64,000 nucleotides of DNA, taken from Psammoneis japonica (Eukaryota). The notes beneath the pieces are model-generated. The model did not search any database. It saw only the letters and a list, made by a program, of their open reading frames with translations, and had not been told where the DNA came from. The stretch is from positions 62,001-126,000 of the forward strand of contig QPGO01000001.1 of the NCBI GenBank assembly GCA_008632985.1, given 5' to 3'. The number at the start of each line of letters is the position of its first letter. The stretch's first letter is position 1. Below, piece by piece: positions 12,384 through 26,042 of the stretch. The translations under genes were made by a program, and so were the position numbers.

Positions 12384-14630
12384 TCATTGCACCACTGATT
12401 CAAGCTCCTCCAAAACATCAGCAAGCTTCTGCCGTATTGGCTGAACAAGTGCTTTGCGGTCAGTTGTGTCAAGATTCATCAAAGATCCAACGTCTTCAAA
12501 CGCTTCCAAGACCTTTGATTTCATTGGCCGCATCGTCCTTCGATCGACACTTTCGCCGAGCATGTCAAGGTCATTCATTACATCGACAAGCTTGTGGCGA
12601 ATCGCAGCAACACTGTCGTTTGTCGAGTCCATACGCTTGGCATGATTATTGTTGCTCTTTCGGATCCCATTTACGAGTTTGTTTTCCCTCTTTTCAGAAC
12701 CGCGCTCATCAGCCTCACTGCGATCAAACGAACTCGCGTTGTATGACTCATCGTCTACACGCTTATTGCGTCGCATCACTGGACTACCCCTTGGCCGAAT
12801 GTACTCTTCATCGCCATCGTCACCATGCATTGACTTTACACCGCTGAGGTCTTCCGCTCTGCTTCGGAGGGACTTGTTTCGAGACTTTTGTTGCTTATCC
12901 AACTCGTACTCGTCGTCTCCTCCATGTATCGAAGTCACATTGCTTAGGTTTTCCGCTCGCCCGGTACGCGATTTTCCTCTTGACTGAGAGGAATACTCTA
13001 CATCATCGTCTTCGCGATGAATGGAGGATACATTGCCCAGAATCTCTGCCCGCTTGCCCCCCGCTCTTGCTCTTCCAGCAAGGCGCGGTTTGGAATGGTC
13101 GTTATCGTCATCCCCACCATGAATGGACGTCACATTACCAAGGTCTTCCGCTCTGCCGCGAGACCTGGATTTGCTTCGTCGGTTACTTGCGTATCCGCTA
13201 TTGTCATCTTCTTCACCCCCATGAATTGAAGTCACATTGCTGAGATCTTCGGCTGCTCTGCCACCACGTGATCTTGATTTGCTTCGTGGACTATTCGAAT
13301 AGCTACCAAGAGCGTCATCCTCGCCACCATGAATGGAGGTAACGTTGCCAAGATCCTCCGCTCTGCCACGAGACCTCGGTTTGTTCCTTGTTGTAGTCGA
13401 ATATAAATGAAAATCTTCGTCATCGTCATCACCCCCATGAATCGAAGTTACATTGCTCAAATTCTCGGCTCGGCCAAGACGTGATTTCGATTTGTTTCGT
13501 GTCCTATGGCTATTGGCGAATCCGGCAGAGTCATTATTGTCCACGTCATCCCCGCCATGAATCGTTGTTACATTACCAAGATTTTCGGCTCTTGCACCCC
13601 GCAATCTCGACTTGGGCTCGAGTGTCCTATTGGTACCTCCACGATAATGAGTACTTTTCGAATCTCGAATAATATTCTCGGGTCGGTTGTGAGGTGTTGT
13701 AATGATTTCGCGTGGTTGTTCTAAATCGTCATTCATGTCCAGATCATCATCCAATGACAGGCTGTATCCAATGTTTCGGGAGTCATCATTTTTGGTTTTC
13801 CGTGTATGAGTCTAGACGTGAGATCCTCCATGTGCTCATGATTGCTACTGCTGGCCGCCGAGCGTTGTTTCGGCTTTGGGGGTGCTGTGCACATTATAAT
13901 CTTCGTCACGACGACTACGACCCCTAGACCTCGAACGGGATTTTCCCATGAATCCGATATTATCCTGGTCATTTGCATGTATCGATGATACATTTTCTAA
14001 TAGCTCTGCTCGTTTACCACCTGTTTTCGTTTTATGCTCATCATCCTCCACATCGTGAATGGACGAAATATTTCGCAAGACTTCCGCGCGTAGACCAGGA
14101 TTGTGACTGTGAGCCGTGGATTTTGAAAGAGACGATAGAGTTTCTTCTTCGTTAGGATGGTGATGATGATTTACATGTCGACCCTTGGATCTGCTTCTCG
14201 TCGTCGCGCTCTTTTTCCTACCGGGCGACGTAGTCTTGAGCTCTTTTTTATTGCCATGCGCCAGCCGTATTTGTTCATCCAGCATATCATCTTCTTCATC
14301 ATAAATTTCATGCATCTCCTGCAATATTTCTTCCTTTCGGTCACGTCTTTGTTGATATGCAATCGCTTTCTTCTTTAATTGTTTTCTTGTCCTTGTTGCA
14401 GGAGAGTCTTCGATTATTTGTTGTTGTTGTTTCTTGGGTGAAGACTTTTTCGGTGGAGGAGGAGGAGGAGGAGGTGGACTAATGGCAGAAGTACCATTTT
14501 CGTATTTGTATCGTCTCCTTGACCGATACACAAAGTCTTCATCGTCATCTCCACCATGAATGGAATTGACATGACTGAGCGTCTCTGCCTTTTTGCGCAA
14601 TAAGGCAGCAGTACGGGGAGAAGTCACCAT
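12384..14630 (-). CDS. Low-complexity protein with 11 RAE(D/N)L(G/S)NVTSIHGGDD repeats, function unknown
   Basis: ORFs 13845-14780 and 12384-13754 share the repeat and are bridged by ORF 13733-13993 via two apparent frameshifts (about 13875 and 13755); ATG of MVTSPRT at 14630; normal TpA content. Confidence 0.75.
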
Positions 14631-15062
14631 GGTCGGTGCTGCCGCAAGCGAAAAATTGAAAAAAATGAAGCGTTGAGACGATCGCGCGTAAAGGAGCGCG
14701 AAAGCGGCATGCGCTGTCGCGCGCGGGCGTTTTTTGAACGGAGGGACAGCACAACCGTCCACATCGGAAAGATTGACCAATACAAATAATATTCATATTC
14801 AGCTTTTTATGTCTTTAATGATTTGATGGCGAAATATCCACGACTGGGACTAAAAACGTTTCTAAGTGAACGAAGCTTTTCATAAATGTTCATGCAAGAC
14901 TCAACGTAGGTATGCCTTCTGGTTTTCAGCTCTCGCTACTTTCTCATCTTTTCGTGCGTCACAATGTTCCTTGTGGTGTCCAAATGCTGATGGTGTTGAC
15001 GCTTGCGAAACGCAAACAGCACCGTTGATGCCATTCTAGAGTAGTTGCAAGAGCCACTCATC

Positions 15063-15857
15063 ATGACAATAGTGCTGTCTTTACGACTGTCGCTACTGCT
15101 GGTCCTTTGGACTGGCTACACCTCTAGTCAGGACAATGCCTTTTGCGAAGCCAAAAAGAGTTGGGCAAGCATTGTCGCCAGTGACCCAGCTCCACCGTTG
15201 GAAATTACCAAGGCACCGCCAGTCAAAAAGCAAAAGACGGGTGGTGGTCGTATTTTAGCTCCGGGTGTATACGGAAAGCTTCCGAAAGGCGCTGTACCGT
15301 ATCGCGTACGAAACGTCTATGACGGCGACACGCTCACCCTGACAAATGAACAACGCATTCGCTTCTTGGGAATTGACACTCCAGAATTGGCAGAAAAACA
15401 ACCCTTTGCCAAGGAGGCTAAACAGTACGTCAAGGATTATTGTCCTAAAAATGGTCAGGTCTATTTGACCTTTCCAAGCTCTGAAAAAGAAGACAAGTAC
15501 GGCCGATGGCTCGCCATGGTATGGGTCAAACTACCCGACAATACGAATAATTCGTACTTGTGTTTGAATGAAGGTCTCGTGGCGGCGGGATTGGCAACCG
15601 TGTACTTGGCAAACAAGCAAATCAAATTTCCTAGCTACAAAACCATGTTGGCGCTTCAACGTCAAGCGAGAAACGCCAAGCGTGGTATTTGGACCCATTT
15701 TGTAGACTTCAACGTTGTCGCGACCCAATACGGATCGGCCTATCACAAACCAACCTGTGGACATGTGAGTCATTCTCGCAATCTGAAAAAGCTCAAGGCA
15801 AGCCAAGCAGCCGATCAAGGATTGCATCCGTGTCGAACCTGTCTGGCGGACCAGTAA
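15063..15857 (+). CDS. Staphylococcal-nuclease (thermonuclease) domain protein with C-terminal Ada-type metal-binding domain and N-terminal hydrophobic leader
   Basis: VYDGDTL, IRFLGIDTPE, DKYGRWLA, LNEGLVAAGLA, ARNAKRGIW; C-terminal GSAYHKPTC...GLHPCRTC; intronless. Confidence 0.9.
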   Translation: MTIVLSLRLSLLLVLWTGYTSSQDNAFCEAKKSWASIVASDPAPPLEITKAPPVKKQKTGGGRILAPGVYGKLPKGAVPYRVRNVYDGDTLTLTNEQRIRFLGIDTPELAEKQPFAKEAKQYVKDYCPKNGQVYLTFPSSEKEDKYGRWLAMVWVKLPDNTNNSYLCLNEGLVAAGLATVYLANKQIKFPSYKTMLALQRQARNAKRGIWTHFVDFNVVATQYGSAYHKPTCGHVSHSRNLKKLKASQAADQGLHPCRTCLADQ

Positions 15858-16052
15858 AATACCATAGAGTCGCAAATAGTGAGTCTGCTTCTCACTATTA
15901 GCCTCGTCCAAAATGAGAAGCTTCACGATGGAGAGTTTTTTTCAGCGACGCAAAAGCACAAGGATTGTTTTTACAATGGAATGAAATGTTTTTTTTATAA
16001 CACAGGAAACAGAGAAAAACCGCTAATAAGCGTATTGCATGGTGCTGCACAC

Positions 16053-16263
16053 TATAACTGTTTCCCTTTTGCATCTCGTTTTGACAAACTACCCACCAAT
16101 ATATGCAAGAGCAGATGAGTCTACTATATCAAAGCATAATGCGCGCAAAATGCTCTCTTATAACTGTTTCCCTTTCGCATCTCGTTTTGACAAACTACCC
16201 ACCAATGTATGCAAGGGCAGATGAGTCTACTAGATCAAAGCATAATGTGCGCAAAATGCTCTC
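16053..16263 (+). repeat. Tandem duplication, 2 x 106 bp
   Basis: TATAACTGTTTCCCTTT...GCAAAATGCTCTC at 16053 and 16159, few mismatches, TpA mostly retained. Confidence 0.9.
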
Positions 16264-16499
16264 TACTGCTAGAGACAGAGAATAGTCTTGCAACATGCAA
16301 AGCAACGCACGAGCGAAATGCTACAATACAAAACAGAACTCTTTTTTGGTACTTGTTTTGTTTTGTTGTTGACACTCTCTAGAGCATTCGTCGCACCCAT
16401 GCTCAAAAACAACATTTTTCCATTCACAGACAATGAGGGAACGAACCAACTCTTATATTCCGACTCGGTCTCTTCTAAAGGTTGATTCCAAACGTATCT

Positions 16500-18000
16500 G
16501 CGGTGGTGACATTGTGAGATCCCAACTTGTTGACCAGCGACGTGGGGGCATGCCGTTTTTGCGTCATGCCAAACGACTGTCTTGCGACTGCTCTACAACA
16601 TTTCCAATCCACGCCGCTCACCAAAGTTTTTTCAACAAGTTGCTGTGAGAATATAGCATGGATCGTTCTTGTGACATGGTGTTGCATGGCGGGTGCAGGG
16701 GTTGTCATTCTCTGTTTCTGGCAGAAGTGGATGCAGTGTTGAATCATCACCCATCCTCTCAACTTGAGATTCTTCTTGAGATCTTGCACTTGGTGCTTGC
16801 CTGCTGCCAGACAGGCGAGTGCCTTCTGACTCCCTCCTCTTGTGCGAGCTTGCGCCTGAGTTTCAACTGAAGGATCCAGTCCCTTAAGCTCATCCATTTT
16901 TGTCATGCATTGGTTTTCCACTGCAGCAGCAACATTCATCAACCATTCTTTTGGGGCCAACCCATCTCATTGCCAGTGATGATCATGCCTGTGCATGGCG
17001 CACTTCCCAGCATGAAGCAATGACAACGCAACACATGCCAGCCAACAGCCATGCATGTGTGCATGCAGCAAAAAGCAGAAAGCATGGCAATCTGACTGTG
17101 GCAATGAGATCCATCAAATCAAGAAACACAGCCACTCCAGAGCCAATTAACAGGTCGTTTGGTTGGGCTAAACTGACAAACAGAAATGAGCCAAGAGCAG
17201 CAGCTCATTGGTTTCCTTTGTGATGGAACATGGCCAATGTGGGCCAGCAGGAGAGTCCTCTCAATTTTTCATGCTCCAAAAGCAGAGGATGTCAAAGAGA
17301 GGAGTGCCTGGAGTGCATGGCTCAGCTCTCAATTTGTTTGAGCAGACTGACAATTGTGGCGCTGGTTGCGGCAAATGCTGAAAAAACAGTCACAGAATTC
17401 TGGGTTGCAGAACTCTGCATCAACACATGGAGGCAGGGCGCCAAAATCAGAAAAGTCAAAAGCATGCTGCGGCAACTGATCAAAGCTGCTCTTGAGTGCC
17501 TTTGTCCTGGCTTGACATGCTGCAGCTCTCCAAGTCAGCAATGCATTTGCAGCAAGCCCTTTTGACAATCATGCTGCATCTGCTGTGAGTGGCTTGGCCT
17601 TGTTGCTGTTGCTTGGGTCAGCACAACAGAGCCGCTGTGAAGCCTTGCACTGGCTGACCACTTCTCCTTGAACTCTGCTGTTGCACACACCCACAGATGC
17701 TTGAGCAGCACAGCCAGGGTGCTCTCAGGTTCCCACTTGATTTCATCAAAAGAGCTCATTTGTTTTTGCTGTGGCTCACAGTTGGTGTGCACCCTTCCTT
17801 TTGCTTGTTGCCCTTCAAAAAAAGTGCTCTCTGCAACATTTGCGCTTGTTGATGTGTGTCAAGCAGGGACATGGCTGTGCACTGTTGGCAGGAGCTCCAA
17901 AAGAGCACTTGTTGTTGCACCCTCCAACTGCCTCAGGTGGATGACCTTGTCTTTTGCATCTGGTGACAGGACAGCAGCTGTTGCACAGGCCAAGGATAAT
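16500..18000 (-). other. TpA- and CpG-depleted degenerate coding-like block, probable decayed transposon
   Basis: Successive broken minus-strand ORFs rich in Cys/His; almost no TA between about 16660 and 17990; no family motif recognised. Confidence 0.4.
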
Positions 18001-19339
18001 GTGCGGGTGGATGGCTGGTTAGATGTAGCAAAATCACCTGATTTTGGTAAATTGAGAATCCCGATATCCGGGTTACTTTGGGCGGGTTGGACAGCCACCA
18101 CCTCCTGGTTACTTGAGGTTCACACATCATCACGCTTTGTATTACGTACAAAGCTACGCGTTGTCACGGTACATGACGTGGCTTTTTGAAGTTGCATGCA
18201 TCTCATGCAACGCTCAGAACAACAAAAAACACCGCATCTCCCACCATGGGACTTGATCGTTTGTAGATCGACGGCCGCAACGTCGATCAAGATGAGAGTG
18301 TAGTCACACCACTATTAAACAGTGCTTATTTCGATGGTTGTGCTGGATTTCTCGGCAATGTTGACTGTTGTGCCGTATTTAGACACACCAACAAGCAGTG
18401 TGTTTGCTGACTTTTTTCTGCAGGGCTCTCACGACCGCTACGTAAATAAGTTTACAATCACTGGGTTTATCTCTGCTGTAGATGTAATGATTAGTATCTA
18501 AGGAATACACACGCATGGGCAGCATCATTTTTGTTTCTCTGCTGTTTCTCATGACAGATGCAGAAAATGACATTCTGATTTCCAACGTCGACAATGCACC
18601 GTGTGCGATATAGAAAAGGAATAATGGATTTTTTTTTTTCAAAGAGAGAAGAGGAGCTAATTTATGTAGTAAATACAGTTATTGGACGCTGCAAACAATT
18701 GTTGGCACCTTGTTTGGAATGTTTTTTTCTTCCCTATCAAAGCGACAGTAGCAATCATAGCACCTTGCTCATTTTCGCCCCATGGTGTCAATGCAGCTTG
18801 GCTGCGTGATGCAGCACGTGGTTTGCTTTATCACGGGACAGTGCGTGAAACCAAAAGTGCAATGGACGGGAGCTCCGAACCATCGGCGATCGGATCTGGA
18901 ACCAGCTCGTCGAGCTCGTTCCAAATCCGTGCTCAAATGGATCGGAGCGGCTGTCCTTCGTTGCGTCTGTACGTCGTCCGCACGGAAACTAATTTTACCA
19001 CCATTGGACACTCTAACTGGCCAACCACCCGTGCAGCACCAGTGTGGAAATGATGGAGGTGTGCTGCAGCAGCAAAGTGCAAGAGCATCGGCCAACAAGA
19101 CACACGTCATCGATGGGGTCAACGTTAACAACAAAAACAGAAAAGATTTTCATCAAGTGCCACCCCAGCACTCTTCCAATGTAAAGCCACTGTTTGAGTG
19201 GGTGTTTTTGCTTGTCAAAAGTGGTCACTCTGAGATGTGAAAATGTGTTGATCACATGACTGATGGTTGTCCTGCACACATGATGATGTCTTCATTTGTG
19301 ATTCACTTTTTTGGGCATGCGTTTTCAGTTTGAATGGCT

Positions 19340-19438
19340 CTAGAGAGGAGAGAGAAGGGCAATGGCTAGGTAGAGCAGAGAGCCAGCTCTCCAGCAAGAG
19401 AGAGAGAGAGAGAGAGAGAGGCGAGAGAGAGAGAGAGA
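19340..19438 (+). repeat. (GA)n-rich microsatellite upstream of TPP2
   Basis: Direct reading. Confidence 0.85.
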
Positions 19439-19617
19439 TTCCGGCCCAGCACGCGCGCACGCACGTGACGCGACGACGCACGCACGATCGATTAGGTCCT
19501 GTCACTTTCAAGCATACACAACTAATCCTGAGGAAGCCGATTGAATGCCGACGATCTTATTATTGACACACTTTTGTTGACTGTGCGCTGTTGTTGCTGT
19601 TGTTTGTCGTTCCTACA

Positions 19618-22600
19618 ATGTCATCATTTCCATTGGACGATTTGATTCCACGCAAGGAAACGCAAGCATACGAGTTTACTTCTGGTAATGTAGAAACACG
19701 AATTGGAATTTTGGATACCGGCGTGGATCCAACTGCCATTGAAGCTGACGTGATTCAAACACTCGACTGTACGGGAAGTGGAAATGTCGATGTGAGTACC
19801 GAGGTGGAACTCTCGAATGAGCATAAAATTACAGCATTATCGGGACGAACGTATACCATTCCAATCACCGACTGGAATGTTCAGCCTTTTCCCAACAATG
19901 ACAATTCAGAAACTACTACTACAACAACCGTTCGATTGGGACTTCTTCGAGCGTATGATTTGTTTCCCAAAAAGCTTCAACATCGTGTCGAGCCGTATAG
20001 AAAACGAGAATTGGAAAAACAAGTACAAGAGTGGATGGTGACGGTCCAGCAGGATTTGAACAAGTGGCATGAGGAATACACTAAAAACAACAAACCCACA
20101 GCGGAACAACTCAACACCAAACACGATTTGGATGCGCAATTGGACTTTTTGCAATCGTCTATAAACAAAGAATCCGAGGATGACGATAGTATTATTGGAC
20201 CCGTCCATGACGTGATTGTCTATTTTGATGGTACAAATCATCGTGCCGTGGTTGTAACAGATCCATCAACTTTTTTACCAACAAAGGGCGGCATGGCCGA
20301 ATATGCTGTGGAACAGGAAACGTGCACGTTTGGTACAGTGGATCAATTTACGTTTGCCATTCAATTTTATAATGATTACAAAACACTGAGTATCGTGAGT
20401 GACGCGGGTGCACATGGGACACATGTGGCGAGTATTGCCACGAGCATTTCTACAAATTCCAAGGTGATTGCTCTCAAAATTGGTGATTCGCGTTTGGGTT
20501 CCATGGAAACCGGCACCAGTTTGGTGCGTGGTATTGTGGAAGCCATTCGTAACCAATGTCATGTCGTCAATTTATCCTATGGTGAAGGATGTGCATTGGC
20601 CAATCGTGGACGAATTGTCGAGTGCATCGAGGAATTGGTTTACAGGCACAATATTGTGTTTGTGGCCTCGGCGGGAAACAATGGTCCCGCATTAACGACG
20701 GTGGGTACACCCGGTGGAACCTCGTCAGCAACCCTGTCGGTGGGAGCGTACGTGTCACCCGCCATGATGGCATCCAATTACAGTCTCATTACGAATCGAG
20801 ACGACGACGACGAAAGGATGATTCTCTCATTGGCACACCTTTACCTGGAGCAGTGTCGGACCAACGGCGGACGGCGACTTTGGTGTCGACGTGATTGCAC
20901 CCGGTGGAGCCATCACGTCCGTCCCCACCTGGACGCTACAACGTGGACAGCTAATGAATGGTACCAGCATGAGTAGTCCACACGTGGCCGGATGTGTCGC
21001 CTTGTTGATTGGCGCATGTCTGGAAAACAATATTCCCGTGCATGTACCACAACTGCTACGGGCCATTAAAAATACGGCCAAGCCCCAAGACGGATTGAAC
21101 GTCTTGCAACAGGGCTGGGGCATGATTCAAGTCCAAGATGCTTATGCCTATCTGGAACAACACAAGGATTGTCTCTACAATCATGTTCGTTTTGATGTAT
21201 GTGTCGATAATCGTCCCAATCAACCGCGGGGTATTTATCTGAGACAAGCCGACGAGATTGCAGCGGGTAAACAAGTTTATTCGATTCATGTCGATCCAAA
21301 ATTTGGTTACAAGAATCACGATGTATCAGAACAAACACAAAAGGACCGGATTGACTTTGAAATGCATGTAAATCTCGAATCGACGGAACCGTCGTGGGTC
21401 AAGACACCCGAACACTTTGAATTGCTACACAATGGGCGATCGTTTAAAGTAGAGGTCGATCCAACACATTTACCAGTCGGCGTTGTGTCGACGGCACAAG
21501 TTTTGGGTCGAGACTCGCAACATCCAAGCCGTGGCGTCATGTTTTCGGTACCCATTACGGTCGTCAAACCCATGCCGGAACAAACGAATATTGATTTTGG
21601 AGAAATCGAGGTGAGTATTGTGTGGTTTACTTTATGATATATTGTTGTTTTTATTTCCTTGTTGTTTCTGATGCACACTTTCTTCTATTCTTGCGCTTCT
21701 TCTTTTTACAGTTTTCTCCCGCTGAAGTCAAACGATTCTTCTTGACGGTCCCACACGGAGCCACGTGGATGGATTTGACGGTTCGTGATTGTCGTTTACC
21801 GGTAGACAAGGATTCGTCACCTCGATTGATTGCCTTGCACACGGTTCAACTCTTACCACACGAGGCCTATCGCCATGCCCAAACAAAAAAGTATTTGAAT
21901 CTCGTGCCGTCGGAAACCACCGTCACGTCCGTTCCGGTCCATGCCGGTATTACGATTGAATTGGATTTGGCGCGGTACTGGTCGGCATCCGGAATAACAA
22001 GTTGGAAGCGTCTGTGGAATTCCGTGGTGTCATGGTGGTACCACACGAGGTAACCATGACGTGTGGTTTGGGTGGAGCACAAGTCGTGTGGAAAGCTACA
22101 TCAAGGATGAAATCATAATGCCGTCGGCCAAGTTGACCAAGCACAAGACTCCTCTTTGCCAAAGTCCAATGTCAACAACAATTGTATTACACCCCTCGAC
22201 GAATACCGCGACATCATGCCTGACTTGAAGCAACGCATTTATCAATTGGTATTGGAGTACGAGTACGATTCGTCGTCTGCCACCAAGATTATTCCCCGCG
22301 CTCCTGCATTGCAGGGTGTCTTGTACGAGTCTATCTTTGAATCGCAAATGTTATGGTGTTTGATTCCAACAAGAGACGTCTCGGTGTTGCTGATGCGTGG
22401 CCCAAGTCCGAGATTGCTATTCCGAAGGGCAAGGTGACGATTCGCCTCCAAGTCCGGCACGATTCCGTGCAACAATTGGAAAAGCTAAAGGAAATGCCAA
22501 TTTGGATTGAGCAGAAATTGGAAAAGGAAATTGCCTTGTCTGTGTATGGAAGCAAGGAGGATTTAATGACAGACAAAAAGTTTGCAAAGCGCAAGCTGCG

Positions 22601-23505
22601 TCAAGGCACGAGTGCTGCCGTGTTTTTTGGTGAACCAACCAAGCTGCCGTCCGGAGTCAAACGTGGCGATATCTTGTTTGGTACGGCAAACTATTGTGCC
22701 GGCGATTCACAATTGCCCGGAAGTGGCAAGAAACCAGGCGGATTTCCCATTTCGTACGTGGTGGGTCCCACAATGGAAAAGAAAAAGAGGAACCGGCAGT
22801 AGCCGAGGCACCCGACGAACGTAGCGCTTCTGAAAAACTTAATGAATCCGTACGCGACTACAAGGTAACCGAGTTGGAAAAGCTCGAAGGCGACAGTTTC
22901 CGCGGGTGTACGACAGTCTTATTCAAGAGTATCCAAAGCACATACCGTTGTTGTTGGCTCATGCCAAGCATTTGGATAATGCAAAAGAAAACAAAGACTT
23001 GGATGCCGTAATTGCCGCATGCGACAAGGTTATTGGCGAAATTGACGAGAACGACTTGGCCTTGTTCTTTGGAAAGCAGCATGACGAGACGGATCCGTCT
23101 GTAAAGATAAAGGCCAAGGAAATGGGCGAGACCAAATCGCAACTCATTCAAGCTTTAACTCGCAAGGCCCGTGCTGTGTTTGATAAAAAGGAGGACGCAT
23201 CTGCCGTTTTGAAAAATTTGTCGTCGTGGAAAGACATTGACGAGAGCGATGATTACGCATTCTTGGCCTTGCTGCGTGATGAACAGGCCATGCGCTACGG
23301 TCTGGTGCTCAAGCGCTTGACTTCTCTGATTGGCAGGTGTAAAAACGGAGAGCTTGCAAAGAGCAACATTGGCAGTACGAATACTCTGCCGGAATTGTTG
23401 GAAAAACGTTGCCAAATCTTGTCCAAATTGGGATACAAGGCACTGGCGGAGAGGGATCATGACGAAAAGGCCATTTCGTCGCCCAAGAACTATGCCTTGT
23501 TTTGA
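19618..23505 (+). CDS. TPP2: Tripeptidyl-peptidase II (subtilase S8)
   Basis: Catalytic triad GILDTGVDP, GAHGTHVASI, MNGTSMSSPHVAG; KIGDSRLGSMETGT; RGIYLR; LYESIFESQM. Intron 21611-21711. Several apparent 1-nt deletions (about 20815, 20837, 22010, 22350, 22790, 22905). Confidence 0.93.
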
Positions 23506-23933
23506 ACGTGTATTGAGGGGTGCAGTTTCGCTGCACAGTGCAGTTGCATCATAAAAAGTGAGAAGTAAGTACTCCGAGTACCAAGCAGCAGTTATGTGTC
23601 TATCGGAACACATGGAGCTCCTCGCGGAAAGTTGAAGGTGACTTAGAGCACCATGCGTGCTGTTTGCAAAGACTGAGGGCTTGAACCTTACACAAATAAA
23701 CACAAGTAAATGTTATCTTGAGTTAGCTAGTAGTGATGGTTTACTCTGAGCCTGTGGTTGCTGTTCCCATTATTTTGCACCCCTGTGGTAGGGGAGAATG
23801 TGATGATGTCATGGTTACATGGCAGATTTATATCTTGTGCATCACATTTTTACACAATTGTCCTCACATTTATTTGTGCATTTGTACACAAATGCCAACA
23901 GCAACAGGAAAAATCCTGAACCACATTCTCCCC

Positions 23934-26042
23934 TAAAACTCTGACCTCCAAAATCCGGAGGTACGGAAACGCACTTTTGGCAGCTCTTTTCTTCGCACAA
24001 AAAACATGCTCGACCATGATGATGCCTGGTGGTTCTTCCCCACCACCTTCCCAGGACGCCGATCCCACTGATGCCATTGCCAATGACACTGACACAACAG
24101 GCAATGTCATCACTCCGGTTTTCATGGGTGTGACACATGCAAAATAAGATGGCTGCAAACTCACACTGTTGTTTGTGCGCTCCACTGCCTCCCACAGATG
24201 CCATCACAAATTCCAATTCCGCACCTGCGTTTTGGGCCCCTTGCATGCCCAATGCTGTTGCTCCCACCTTGCTGCCACAGGCACTGTTGACACTGTCATT
24301 GTCTTTTGCCAACAACATCCACAATGAATTGCTGATGACTCACGCTTCTTTCATTCTTGCCCCACTGCCTCCCAAAGATGCTGTCAGGAATGCAAACACC
24401 GCACCGGCATTTGGGTCCACTGGCATGCCTGATGCTGTTGCTCCCACCCTTGCTGCCGCAGGCACTGTCAATGCTGTCACTGTCTTTTGCCCATGACGTC
24501 CACAATGAAATGCCAATGACTCACACTTCTTTCATTCTCGCCCAACCGCCTTCCAAAGATGCTGTCACGACCACAAACGCCGCAACTGCGTTTCGGTCCA
24601 CTGGCATGCCCAACACTGTTCCTTCCACCCTTGCTGACACAGGTGCTGTTGACGCTGTTGTTGTTTTTGCTTTGGAAGGAGGACAATGGATGATGGTGGA
24701 AAAGGAAACCCTTGGCATGGCCTGCTGATGGACGAGTGTTTGTGTTGTGGCTGTTGTGCTTTCTGTGTTTGTTCATGGTTTTCTGGCATTGGTTCAACGC
24801 ATCCTCTGGAGCACTTGCAGCCCATCAGGCAAAGACATGGCTGTCAACTTTTCAGATGTTGCCAGCATCAACAGCTGTGTTGCACAAGCATTCAGTGGGC
24901 TCTTTGCCTGCCCTTTGCTGGCCTGCAACATCAATGGACATGAATGGTGCCTCTTTGTCAACTCTTGAGTGCAGTCTGATTTTCAAAATGTGCAGACATG
25001 TGATGCAGTTCCCTGTAAATTAGAAACCTGACATCATTCAGATGGCAGGCATGCTTTCACATTTTTTCAGTTGGAGAGGTCAGCGAGTTGGCATTTGATT
25101 GCAGGCAACTTGGCAAGGTTTCAAGTGGTGCGTGTGACTTGGACACTGCTCTGCTTGCCAGAACTGGCTCATTGTCTGCAATTCCATGAGACACCACTCT
25201 TGCTGTTTGAATTCCACGTGCAATGTGCAACGTGCTGTTTTTGCAAGTTGCCAAAAAATGGAAGCAGTTGGCAACGTGCTTTTGGCAAACACTCGCCATG
25301 TTTGTTGCTGTTGGACCTTCTCAAGCAGCACCACATGGACAGCTGTGCTGCTGCTTTGCATGCCGGCACCTTCTCTGCCTGTGTTCCATTGGCTGTGTCC
25401 TCCTTCATGTTGCTGCGGCTCATCTTGATGCCTGTTGTTGGCTCAGATTGGCTCCACTGGGCTCTGGGTGAATCTCAATCACCTCCAGATGGAGGAGGTT
25501 CTGCTTGGGATTCAACCTGAGAAAAGCTGTCACCACACCCCCCAGATGCTCCTCTGCCATGCCCATGCCCATGCAAGGAGCATCGACCAGTCCATCAGCA
25601 CTCGCTGATCCTGTGCCTCCGTCGTTCCAAGCAGAATCGCCTCTGCTGCCTCCAGGCCTGCTGCTTGCATCCACATCAGCCAGAGCATGAGTGGGGCTGT
25701 TTCTCCTTGTTTTGTTGCATTGTGCTTGATTGCAGTGCTCAAATCACAAATGGCGGCAATGTCGTCCACCGTCAATTTTGGATCCAGCGAACAGAAGCCC
25801 AAGTCTTCCGGATGGCAAATCAGCTGTGTTTTTGGGTGACGAGACAGTGGGTGCAACAGTGCCGTCCAACACAGGAGGGACTGCCACATCAGATGTGGCA
25901 GGCGGGGACACGTCGGGTGGTGTGGGGGGTGGAGAACGTGAGGTCGTCATGGTCGAGTCGTCAAAACGCGTGATGTTTTGGTGTGTGCGCAGTCTTCCAA
26001 AAAGTGCGTTTCCGCACCCCCGGATTTTTGAGGAGAGTTTTA
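23934..26042. mobile_element. Decayed TIR DNA transposon, about 2.1 kb; TIRs may extend further outward
   Basis: Left TAAAACTCTGACCTCCAAAATCCGGAGGTACGGAAACGCACTTTTGG versus reverse complement of right TAAAACTCTCCTCAAAAATCCGGGGGTGCGGAAACGCACTTTTTGG; interior TpA-depleted with a broken minus ORF from about 25950. Confidence 0.7.
24182..24670 (+). repeat. Tandem repeat, about 2.7 x 180 bp
   Basis: CCACTGCCTCCCA(C/A)AGATGC at 24182 and 24362, variant at 24542. Confidence 0.85.

Noticed and set aside
18682..19279. Overlapping ORFs of 88-152 aa
   Set aside because: No recognisable motif and no preferred frame; cannot support a gene call.
19618..23505. TPP2 (also the helicase and the repeat protein) as pseudogenes or programmed-frameshift genes
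   Set aside because: The breaks I inspected look like single-base deletions, several in short homopolymers (GAAAG, ACACC, AAAAAGAGG), with intact catalytic motifs and normal TpA. Long-read assembly error is the simplest explanation; needs read polishing to confirm.
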